Origin: Candidatus Bilamarchaeaceae archaeon
GTDB lineage: Archaea; Micrarchaeota; Micrarchaeia; Anstonellales; Bilamarchaeaceae
Length of the DNA: 64,000 nt
Direction: 5' to 3'
Assembly: GCA_038870635.1 (NCBI GenBank)
Contig: JAVZJR010000002.1
Location: forward strand, 66,792-130,791
Part shown: positions 27,439 through 34,561 of the stretch, piece after piece
Layout: each line of letters begins with the position of its first letter
Numbering within the stretch: the first letter of the stretch is position 1
The notes under the pieces: model-generated
What the model saw: the letters and a program-made list of their open reading frames with translations, nothing else
What the model was told of the DNA's origin: nothing
Databases searched by the model: none
Program-made: the position numbers and the translations under genes

Positions 27439-27958
27439 ATGGCGGATGACAATATTCAAATTGGAAGTAAACGAAGTTTTCTTTTTGTATTACTAGTTAG
27501 TATCCTTACTTTGGGTTTGTATTGGTTGTATTGGTTTTACAAGACTAATGATGAGGTTAAGAACTATGCGCGCTTAAATTCTTCTCCCATTTTGCGCTTA
27601 CTTGGGCGAATATTTTTTAGTTGGCTTTTTGTTTCCGGCACCTATGTTATTTATGTTTAGCTCAAAGATGTAAAAGAGGTGGCGGAGAAACGCTCAATTG
27701 ACGCGCCAAGCCCTTTGCTTAATTCTTTGCTTTTTTCGTAGTTCCTTTTTGGGGCTTTATGTAACCTCTCGTGTGCAAGCGACCTTGAATAACTTGTGGG
27801 ATGCACCGCTAAATAAAAATATAACCATAAACCAAAATGATGCGCAAAAAGAGAAATCTAATAACGAAAGTGTTTTTGTTAAATGCCCGTGCTGCAAAAC
27901 CAAAAATCCGGAGAATAATAATTTTTGCTATAAATGTGGAGAACGTTTGGCAAACTAA
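27439..27958 (+). pseudogene. DUF4234-like membrane protein with C-terminal zinc ribbon, broken by stop/frameshifts
   Basis: 27439-27660 encodes TLGLYWLYWFYKTNDEV (DUF4234-like) and ends at TAG. Coding-like signal continues in the same frame (LKDVKEVAEKRSIDAPSP) and then in another frame (27698-27958: ..FLGLYVTSRVQATLNNLW..CPCCKTKNPENNNFCYKCGERL). These could instead be two genuine small genes. Confidence 0.4.
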
Positions 27959-28065
27959 TTTGTGGCGCATACCGTTCAACCGACCCGTCACGGCTTTTTG
28001 CTCTGGTGGCCATTAAGTATGCACCACGTAAAAATTATTAATTTTCTTTATTTAATTCTTTCGTG

Positions 28066-28482
28066 ATGCGTATGAAGACCTATACTGATTACTTAGTTTT
28101 TAATACAAGAAGTAGAATTGAGTTCGTTAGAATAACTGATCAAGTGAATGACGTAATAGAGCGTAGCGGCATTCGAGATGGAATCGTATTAGTAAATCCA
28201 ATGCACATAACTGCAGCAGTTATCGTAAACGATGATGAAAATGGGTTGAAAAGAGATTTTATTCGTGTTCTTCAAAAACTTATTCCATACGATGATAATT
28301 ACGAGCACAACGTAGGTGAAGACAATGCCGCAGCCCATATATGGCGGCAATTTATGGGCCATCAAGTTGTTATGCCTGTCCGAAATGGACGGCTTGAGCT
28401 TGGCAGATGGGAACAACTTTTCTATTGTGAATTCGATGGCCAGAGAACAAAAAGAGTTTTGGTGAAAGTGATTGGAGAATAA
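28066..28482 (+). CDS. YjbQ/UPF0047 family protein (secondary thiamine-phosphate synthase-like)
   Basis: 138 aa. [38 protein letters not shown]......P....[12 protein letters not shown] matches the UPF0047 pattern. Confidence 0.75.
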   Translation: MRMKTYTDYLVFNTRSRIEFVRITDQVNDVIERSGIRDGIVLVNPMHITAAVIVNDDENGLKRDFIRVLQKLIPYDDNYEHNVGEDNAAAHIWRQFMGHQVVMPVRNGRLELGRWEQLFYCEFDGQRTKRVLVKVIGE

Positions 28483-28484
28483 TT

Positions 28485-28922
28485 CTATACTTTTCTTGGT
28501 ATTAACCTGCCAAGAGCTCCAAATTCCTCTTTTTTTGGACCTATGCTTATCGAAGACGGCCATTTTATCTCTATGATACCATCCTCTGTGTTTATTTCAA
28601 GAGGTAGTTCATGAGGGGCGATCTTTGTATTTTCGAATTTTACAACCTCGTTATTTTTTGGTTTTTCTATTAAATTTAATTCTTTTTTCAATGAGAGTGT
28701 AAATTTTTCAGCTAATTCTTTGTCACCTACATTTAAAGTGTATGAAGTCATTGGTTCGCCATTAATAGAATTCATGATTATCTTTGTAATGCTTGCGACA
28801 AAATTGTCTTTTTCTTTTTTTAATCCATCTAAGATATTTTTATTGATTTGAATATTTGCAGTTACGGATATTTTTATTTTTCTTTCACTGCGTTCTTCTA
28901 TATCAGCTAAATCTTTTAACAT
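28485..28922 (-). CDS. Hypothetical protein (possibly the 3' part of a longer disrupted gene reaching 29232)
   Basis: 145-aa ORF. The same frame stays open upstream to 29020 without an ATG. See the finding on 27143-29232. Confidence 0.45.
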   Translation of the reverse strand: MLKDLADIEERSERKIKISVTANIQINKNILDGLKKEKDNFVASITKIIMNSINGEPMTSYTLNVGDKELAEKFTLSLKKELNLIEKPKNNEVVKFENTKIAPHELPLEINTEDGIIEIKWPSSISIGPKKEEFGALGRLIPRKV

Positions 28923-29218
28923 CTCTGCAGTATCTTTTTTTGATACATTTTCAATATCATTTTTATATTTTTGAATTTCTTCTTTATTTCCTCTATAATT
29001 GACCTTAACTGAAAAAGATAGATATTTTTTTCATTCATTTCATCAGCGAGTTTTCTGAGTTCATTAGCATTCATCTCTTTATTTTTGAAACTTTTGTTAC
29101 CTTTTTTTATTTATTCCGCAATATTATTTATTGTGCGCTCATATGCATTTGATAGCCTATCTCTAATTTTTTTTCATTTAATTCTGCAGCATACTCTTCA
29201 AGTGTAATCTTATTTTCT

Positions 29219-29782
29219 TTAGTTTTTTGCATTCCCTATCACCTTAGCAGGCACCATTTTATCACTGTTTACAATTATCATCACTTCATTATCTAATAAA
29301 AATACTACGTTTTCATCGACTATTTCAATATTTTTGATGTTCCCCATTTCTTTTAGCGGCTGAATTGAAATAAATACTGCGTTTTGGAAATATATTGTAC
29401 CATTTCTTTTACCTAATATTTCTTTTCCATTCCTAATTTCTTCACAGCCCAAAGTTCTTATAATATAATTTTCAGTTATGAGGATTGTTCTCTCGGCCTG
29501 ATAAGAAGTTTTAATTATATTTTCTTTGTTGAGGTCTATATTTGATGGAATGTCAAGTTCTAATTTTTTATTGTTAGTGCTACATATTATCTGTTCGTTA
29601 TTTAAAACACAATTCATTTTGCATTGGAGCCGAGTTTGTTCTATTTCTTTTTTGAAGGTTGCGCATGAAATTAAAGGTGGAAGAAGTGCAAAGCAAGTTG
29701 CCTTTAAGAAGTAATTTTTTATTTTTTTGAGTCTCTCCCTGAAGCATAACTTTTTTCCATTTTTTTCCTGTTTTTCTGTCAT
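29219..29782 (-). CDS. Hypothetical protein, possibly lipoprotein-like
   Basis: 187-aa ORF. Hydrophobic segment ATCFALLPPLISC. No family recognised. Confidence 0.5.
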   Translation of the reverse strand: MTEKQEKNGKKLCFRERLKKIKNYFLKATCFALLPPLISCATFKKEIEQTRLQCKMNCVLNNEQIICSTNNKKLELDIPSNIDLNKENIIKTSYQAERTILITENYIIRTLGCEEIRNGKEILGKRNGTIYFQNAVFISIQPLKEMGNIKNIEIVDENVVFLLDNEVMIIVNSDKMVPAKVIGNAKN

Positions 29783-29894
29783 ATGTTATAATAAGTGCAT
29801 AAATATAATTATAAATGTTTGCTTCTATTGTATATTTAAGATATTTGTATATTAAGATATAAATAAATAGATGGCCATTTTTATATTATAGTCG

Positions 29895-30488
29895 GTGAGT
29901 AGTTTGGTAACGAAAAAAGAGTGGTGTTTAAATAGTTTTTTGGCCAAAGCGCTAGAAACTCAAAAACAAAAAAAATTAGATGCGCCATTTCGCTTTCCTT
30001 TAGAAAGACCATTAAGTGAAGATTTAATGAAAAAAATCGAAACCTATCTTCCTTATCTTACAACAGAAACAAGAAGAAGGATTGCGGCAGACCTTCATGA
30101 AAGGCCAGCAGTGGAAGCTGCCAACCTTATGTTTTTTATGTGTAAAGAGGAAAAAGATGTCGAGATAAGACTTCTGCTTCTTCAAACATTAACTTGTGAT
30201 TTAAAATATAAGAGGGCCTCTGAAATAATTAGAGCGCGTTCTGTTTATTTAGCAGATTATCCTGGTCAAATCTCTCGTACGGAAGTTTCTTATTTTTTGA
30301 AATTTATCCGATATATAAGAGATGAGAATTGCCTTCATTCTTTAGCTCTTTTATTACATGGCTTGAAAGGTGTCGATAGAGATAATTACGAAGATTTAAT
30401 AAAAGAGGCCAACTCGCTTTTTCTTGAGATTTATGATAAATATCTAATTAGATTGTATGATAAAAAAGATGCTCCGACCGGGATTTGA
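29895..30488 (+). CDS. Hypothetical helical-repeat protein
   Basis: 197-aa ORF with GTG start. HEAT-like helical-repeat feel (..RRRIAADLHERPAVEAANLMFF..EIRLLLLQTL). The last 19 nt overlap the 3' end of the opposite-strand tRNA-Glu. Confidence 0.4.
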   Translation: MSSLVTKKEWCLNSFLAKALETQKQKKLDAPFRFPLERPLSEDLMKKIETYLPYLTTETRRRIAADLHERPAVEAANLMFFMCKEEKDVEIRLLLLQTLTCDLKYKRASEIIRARSVYLADYPGQISRTEVSYFLKFIRYIRDENCLHSLALLLHGLKGVDRDNYEDLIKEANSLFLEIYDKYLIRLYDKKDAPTGI

Positions 30489-30544
30489 ACCCGGGTCGCC
30501 GGATTGAAAGTCCGGTATCCTTGACCGGTCTAGACGATCGGAGC
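30470..30544 (-). tRNA. tRNA-Glu (anticodon UUC), no intron, CCA not encoded
   Basis: Minus-strand sequence is GCTCCGATCGTCTAGACCGGTCAAGGATACCGGACTTTCAATCCGGCGACCCGGGTTCAAATCCCGGTCGGAGCA. Acceptor stem GCTCCGA/TCGGAGC (7 bp). Anticodon stem CCGGA/TCCGG with loop CTTTCAA (anticodon TTC). T stem CCGGG/CCCGG with loop TTCAAAT. Discriminator A. Confidence 0.95.
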
Positions 30545-30667
30545 GTAAGCGAAGAGATGAAACCGAAACGTCGGTTTCACGATCGGAGCGTAAGCGAAGA
30601 GATGAAACCGAAACGTCGGTTTCACGATCGGAGCAACGCGAAGAAATATGAACGAATCGTCGTTCAC
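30536..30667 (-). repeat. Tandem repeat in the tRNA-Glu leader: two identical 45-bp units plus one diverged 42-bp unit
   Basis: Plus-strand units are 30536-30580 = 30581-30625 (gatcggagcgtaagcgaagagatgaaaccgaaacgtcggtttcac, identical). The third unit is 30626-30667 (gatcggagcaacgcgaagaaatatgaacgaatcgtcgttcac). The first unit overlaps tRNA positions 1-9. Each unit contains a hairpin. Confidence 0.9.
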
Positions 30668-30707
30668 TGGCCAAGTACAATATGTTTTAAGAACTTGTAA
30701 GAAAAGG

Positions 30708-30715
30708 TTTATAAG
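30708..30715 (-). promoter_or_regulatory. TATA-like box upstream of the tRNA-Glu leader repeats
   Basis: Minus strand reads CTTATAAA. A start ~25 nt downstream (~30685) would transcribe all three repeat units as a ~140-nt leader. AT-rich context makes the call tentative. Confidence 0.3.
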
Positions 30716-30762
30716 TGCAACTGAGGTATCGCCAATTTCATAAATAATAAAAAAATAAAAAA

Positions 30763-31179
30763 TTATTTAGATGCTAAATCGTATACTAGTTTTAATGATA
30801 CTACTAATGCAGCCGGTGCAACAAAAGCAGCAAGAGCTGATAAAACATTGGCCAACTTTGTTACTATTATTAGTCCAATTTCACTCATTCCTACTTGTGT
30901 TGCGATAGAAGTAATCATTTGTGCGAGGGGTGCCCAGGAGTTAAGAACGCTAAGCAAAGCAATTGTGGCCACTAAGAAAGAGACGGTTTCCTTTTCAGCT
31001 ATGTTCATGAAACCTACAATTAGACCAAGCAGCGCTAATACGCCCAAGATGTAAACTGCTGCAAAGCTTAATTCAGTGGAGAAAAGACCAACTATCAAAG
31101 CCAGTACTACCCCTAACAAAAACGCCCATTCACCATACTTCGGGACAAACTCCTCTGTTTTTACTTTTTTTTCTGGCAT
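30763..31179 (-). CDS. Small integral membrane protein, hypothetical
   Basis: 138 aa with four hydrophobic segments. No family recognised. Confidence 0.55.
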   Translation of the reverse strand: MPEKKVKTEEFVPKYGEWAFLLGVVLALIVGLFSTELSFAAVYILGVLALLGLIVGFMNIAEKETVSFLVATIALLSVLNSWAPLAQMITSIATQVGMSEIGLIIVTKLANVLSALAAFVAPAALVVSLKLVYDLASK

Positions 31180-31231
31180 ATTTTCACCTTTTTCTGTCTA
31201 AAAACCTCAGGTAAAGTTTTTAAAGCTATGC

Positions 31232-32077
31232 TTAAATTACGACAGAGGCGAGATATGCCAAAAGACCAAAAAAAAGTGCTATTAGACTTAACACGCGGGC
31301 TTTTTTGTATTGATTTTTTACAGCATAAAATATATTCGCAGCCACGAGAACGATTGCAACACTAAAAAGTACGGTGGAGAAGATGTTAATGTTAAGACCA
31401 AAGTAAAATGGCAAAAATGATAATGGAATAAACATCAGATAGAGTAAAAGCGCAAGAGCTAATGTTGGTTTTTCACCTATTAGAATTGGCAATGTCATGG
31501 CTTCTCTTGCTTCCTTATCCCCTTTCATATCCTCTATTGACTTTATAAGTTCGCGTGCGAGTCCAACTATGAAACCAAGCAAGAAAAGCACGAGATTTAT
31601 TATTTTTATTTCTTGAGAAACTATTAAATTTCCGAATATGAACGGAATACCCATCGTAAAGGCTATGTAAAAATTCCCAACAAGCGGTAAAAGTTTTAGT
31701 TTAAGATTGTAGAGTATAGCTAATGAATTTAGCGCAACTGTTAGCATAAAAATTTCTTGATTAACAAAAAACGATAGGGCTATCGCGATGGTTATGCATA
31801 TAGAGGAAAGCAAAAGAGCAAATGAAGGAGAGAGGGAAGCGGTCGCTAATGGTCGATCTTTTCTATTATTTTTTCTATCTGCTTCTATATCAAAATAATC
31901 GTTTAGTGCAAACGCTCCCATCTCGCTTAAAAGCGGAATCAATAACACAAAAAGAGGAAGATTTGATAAACCATCTGCAAAAACCACTGCTGCCAATACT
32001 GCCAATGAATACATAACGCCGTGTTCTATTCTTGTTAGTTTTGCAATCTCTAAAAGCATAACAATCTTTCGCAGCAT
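31232..32077 (-). CDS. UbiA-family prenyltransferase, probably digeranylgeranylglyceryl phosphate synthase
   Basis: 281 aa, polytopic. ALNDYFDIEADRKNNRKDRPLA is the UbiA Asp-rich motif. Size and pattern fit archaeal DGGGP synthase. Substrate is inferred. Confidence 0.7.
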   Translation of the reverse strand: MLRKIVMLLEIAKLTRIEHGVMYSLAVLAAVVFADGLSNLPLFVLLIPLLSEMGAFALNDYFDIEADRKNNRKDRPLATASLSPSFALLLSSICITIAIALSFFVNQEIFMLTVALNSLAILYNLKLKLLPLVGNFYIAFTMGIPFIFGNLIVSQEIKIINLVLFLLGFIVGLARELIKSIEDMKGDKEAREAMTLPILIGEKPTLALALLLYLMFIPLSFLPFYFGLNINIFSTVLFSVAIVLVAANIFYAVKNQYKKARVLSLIALFFGLLAYLASVVI

Positions 32078-32109
32078 TGGTTAAAAAATCATTATGCCTT
32101 ATTATTGTT

Positions 32110-32502
32110 ATGGAAATTTTACGCTTAAAAAATACCTCTGAACTTCTACTTCATAAAAGCAAGAAATCAGTTGCCATAGTTGAAGATTTAGTTTATGATG
32201 AGGGCGTATTGCGCGTAATAGGGGAAAAGAAATCTCTCATAGTTTTTGTTACTTTTGATTCTTTACTATCAACCAAAGGAATGGCTCGAAGTAGACTTCT
32301 TTATAGGATAAGGAATTTCCTAAATTTATGCACTCGTTTTGGTGTTTTATTTGTCATTGGATTTGAAAAAGACGCAGAAAATGGTACTTTTTTAACCAGA
32401 GAAAAGGATGAGGTAATTGCTTTAGGGGAATTACTTGGGCTAAACCGCGGTCAAGCTAAAATGGCTGTTGCTCGATTCGAAGATTTGTTTATAAAAAAAT
32501 AA
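32110..32502 (+). CDS. RNase P protein component 3 (Rpp30)-like, short form
   Basis: FDSLLSTKGMARSRLLYRIRNFLNLCTRFGV.....A.....R...D.IALGELLGL..GQAK parallels the C-terminal half of archaeal Rpp30 as I recall it. It is only ~130 aa (ATG 32110; the ORF track starts at TTG 32077). Confidence 0.45.
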   Translation: MEILRLKNTSELLLHKSKKSVAIVEDLVYDEGVLRVIGEKKSLIVFVTFDSLLSTKGMARSRLLYRIRNFLNLCTRFGVLFVIGFEKDAENGTFLTREKDEVIALGELLGLNRGQAKMAVARFEDLFIKK

Positions 32503-32518
32503 GAAAAAGTTAAAGAAA

Positions 32519-32836
32519 TTAACCAAATAAGCTTGCCAATCCTTCTGCTGCTTGCTCTTCTTTCTTGCTCTCATCCTCTTTTGGTGCTTCTTTCTTTGCC
32601 TCAGCTGCAGGAGCTGCTGCAGTAGGTGCTGCCGCTGGAGCGGCTGCAAGAGCTACGTTTTTGAGCAAGTCGTCAAAGTTCACTCCTTTGACAGCATCGG
32701 CAAGTACTTTGGCTTTAGCTTCATCAGCTTCCGCGCCACTTGCCTTTATAACTGCCATTATGCTTTCCTTCGTTATTTCCTTTCCTGCACCATGCAACAA
32801 AAGCACTGCATGCAAGTATGGATCTACTTTTGCCAT
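32519..32836 (-). CDS. rpl12: Ribosomal stalk protein P1 (archaeal L12)
   Basis: HAVLLLHGAGKEITKESIMAVIKASG..., then an Ala/Pro hinge, and an acidic C-terminal tail ending GLASLFG. Confidence 0.9.
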   Translation of the reverse strand: MAKVDPYLHAVLLLHGAGKEITKESIMAVIKASGAEADEAKAKVLADAVKGVNFDDLLKNVALAAAPAAAPTAAAPAAEAKKEAPKEDESKKEEQAAEGLASLFG

Positions 32837-32847
32837 TTTATCACCTT

Positions 32848-33759
32848 CTATTTATTAGCGTTTTCCGCTTTTGCCTCGGCCGCGGCTTCTGCCGTTTTTG
32901 TTGCCTCGGCTAATTTTTCTATCGCGCCACTCTGTCTTAGCGCATTTAGTATTTCTGCTTCTATTGTGACTGAATTATATGTCTTGCTGTTTACCGCAAA
33001 GTTTAGTCCTTGCCTATACGCTTCATCTAATATCACGTTTATGTTCTTTTCTGTTGGATAGCCTGCATTTACTGAGAGATTGAATGCATTTTGTTCTGCG
33101 TTAACCAAGTCCATAGGTAGCGTTTCATCGATATCGAGTAATGATTTTTCATATACATATTCGCCGTCATAAGCAAATATTAAGTTTGCTTTTATAGTGA
33201 ATGGTTTTATTCCGAGCGTCTGTAGCGCCTTTGCCTTTTGTGCATTTATTTTTTCTCCAGTTTTTGCGATTACGCTGTCTTTTGCAACAACTATTTTTCC
33301 TCCTTTTATTTGCGCGTTTATGCCAGCTGATTTTAATTCAGAAAGAGCAGGCCCTGGCGCTAAATCTGTTTCTCCTTCAGGCACAACAATATCAAAAGGG
33401 GCGATTTCGTCTATTTTTGCTGCCCTCTTTTTTGTATTCTGTTTAAATAGCTTGTTTAATTCATAAGGACTTTTGTTTGTAAGTATTATTGCAGTGGGTT
33501 TGTTTGCGTACTCAATTTTTGTTGCTAGTTTTTGGTTGCTCTGTAATATTCTCGTTAGCACTGCTTTTCTGAGCATTTTTACTTTTCCGCCTTCTTCTGT
33601 TACTTTTTTCCTAAGCATTTGGAAAAGCGAATCCGGTAATTTTTCAAGAGAGAGTAGAGCTGTTGTTTTATAATTTTTCATTTGTGCCAATACTTCTTCA
33701 ACTTCTTTTGCCTTTTTCTTAACATTTGGTCTATTAACATCAGCTGGAATTTTTGCCAT
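32848..33759 (-). CDS. rplP0: Ribosomal protein uL10 (P0)
   Basis: 303 aa. Sits in the position and order L1-P0-P1. The N-terminal uL10 pattern is present, with an Ala/Glu-rich C-terminus. Confidence 0.9.
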   Translation of the reverse strand: MAKIPADVNRPNVKKKAKEVEEVLAQMKNYKTTALLSLEKLPDSLFQMLRKKVTEEGGKVKMLRKAVLTRILQSNQKLATKIEYANKPTAIILTNKSPYELNKLFKQNTKKRAAKIDEIAPFDIVVPEGETDLAPGPALSELKSAGINAQIKGGKIVVAKDSVIAKTGEKINAQKAKALQTLGIKPFTIKANLIFAYDGEYVYEKSLLDIDETLPMDLVNAEQNAFNLSVNAGYPTEKNINVILDEAYRQGLNFAVNSKTYNSVTIEAEILNALRQSGAIEKLAEATKTAEAAAEAKAENANK

Positions 33760-33763
33760 TTTA

Positions 33764-34399
33764 TCACCCTACTTTAACTGGTTTTCCCATCGTGAGCTTT
33801 ACATATACTGATTTTATATTCCCGTCACCGCCTATCTTGTTTTTAACTGCTTCGTAAACCGCTTCAGCATTTTCAGCAAGCGCATCAACATCCATATTCT
33901 CTGTGCCTATCATTGCTTGTAACACTGGTAAATACTTTCCTTTTGTGGTTATCCTGACAGAACGTTTTGCAGCATCTATTAATTGTGCAGGATTCCCAAC
34001 TAATGGTTTTGGTAGTTTTCCTTTTTTGCCCAAAACCTGGCCAAGTGCTTTAGCAACTGCTGCCATTTGGTTTGGTTGCGCTAACAACGTATAGTCTCGT
34101 GCAAGTTCTTTAAGTTTTTTTGGCTCTTTGTAACTCTCTATTTCATTTGGGAGTATTGTGAGGTCTGCGCCTGCTTTCTTTGCTTGCACTGCCGTTGCCT
34201 CATCTCCTATAACTGCGACCTTTAATTCTTTTCCTCCTTTTCCTTTTGGTAAAGGTATATCTAGATTTATCCTGTTCTCAGTTTTTGAGAAATCAATTCC
34301 TTTGGTGTTGATTATTATCTCAACACTTTGGGTAAATTTTCTTTTTCCTTTATCTTCTAATGCTTTTTGTATTGCTGTTGCAAGTTGTTTTTTATCCAT
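33764..34399 (-). CDS. rpl1: Ribosomal protein uL1
   Basis: 211 aa. FTQSVEIIINTKGIDFSK..NRINLDIPLPKGKGKELKVAV is the uL1 pattern. GGAGGG Shine-Dalgarno 8 nt upstream. Confidence 0.9.
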   Translation of the reverse strand: MDKKQLATAIQKALEDKGKRKFTQSVEIIINTKGIDFSKTENRINLDIPLPKGKGGKELKVAVIGDEATAVQAKKAGADLTILPNEIESYKEPKKLKELARDYTLLAQPNQMAAVAKALGQVLGKKGKLPKPLVGNPAQLIDAAKRSVRITTKGKYLPVLQAMIGTENMDVDALAENAEAVYEAVKNKIGGDGNIKSVYVKLTMGKPVKVG

Positions 34400-34414
34400 A
34401 AGAAAACCCTCCTA

Positions 34415-34434
34415 CGCAACACGTAGTGCTTGCG
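34415..34434 (-). promoter_or_regulatory. Hairpin in the short 5' leader of the L1-P0-P1 operon (candidate L1 autoregulatory site)
   Basis: Minus strand CGCAAGCACTACGTGTTGCG folds as a 5-bp stem, a bulged G, a 3-bp stem and a triloop. It lies between a TATA-like ATTTATAAAT (34461-34470) and the Shine-Dalgarno. Function is inferred. Confidence 0.3.
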
Positions 34435-34561
34435 GGTGATTAGTGTCTTTGTATCGTTTTATTTATAAATCTGTTGTTTATCGGTTTTTACATGTTCTAC
34501 TTTTACCTTACAAAAACGCGAGTTTTTAAATAATAAACGTTGATTGCTTTATGGTGATTAT

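Noticed and set aside
27659-27661. In-frame TAG in the DUF4234-like gene as evidence for stop-codon reassignment
   Set aside because: TAG, TGA and TAA all terminate well-conserved genes at their expected ends in this window (e.g. atpK TAG, atpH TGA, S-layer TAA). The same locus also needs a frameshift.
29895-30488. ORF overlapping the tRNA 3' end as a fragment of an SSV-type partitioned integrase
   Set aside because: The geometry is suggestive, but the 197-aa sequence shows no R..H..R..Y tyrosine-recombinase signature that I can recognise. It looks like a helical-repeat protein. It is kept as a hypothetical CDS only.
30536-30667. Possible mini-CRISPR array (hairpin-containing ~45-bp direct repeats)
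   Set aside because: The units are directly tandem with no unique spacers between them. The first unit is fused to the tRNA 5' end. No cas genes are nearby.
30444-30700. ORF-track ORFs 30444-30680 (-) and 30485-30700 (+) with internally repeated peptides (..SDRETDVSVSSLRLR.. twice)
   Set aside because: They are translations of the tRNA-Glu gene and its 45-bp tandem leader repeats. The repeated peptides simply mirror the DNA repeats. They are not coding.
32552-33061. Long antisense ORFs in the track (e.g. 32552-33061, 32565-32858, 38479-38862, 40141-40623, 40636-41055, 42340-42678, 54618-54998, 62356-62940, 56859-57359)
   Set aside because: Each lies opposite a confidently identified conserved gene (r-proteins, S-layer, ATPase subunits, FtsY, MetRS). 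Each has low-complexity S/F/L/A-rich translations typical of shadow ORFs.
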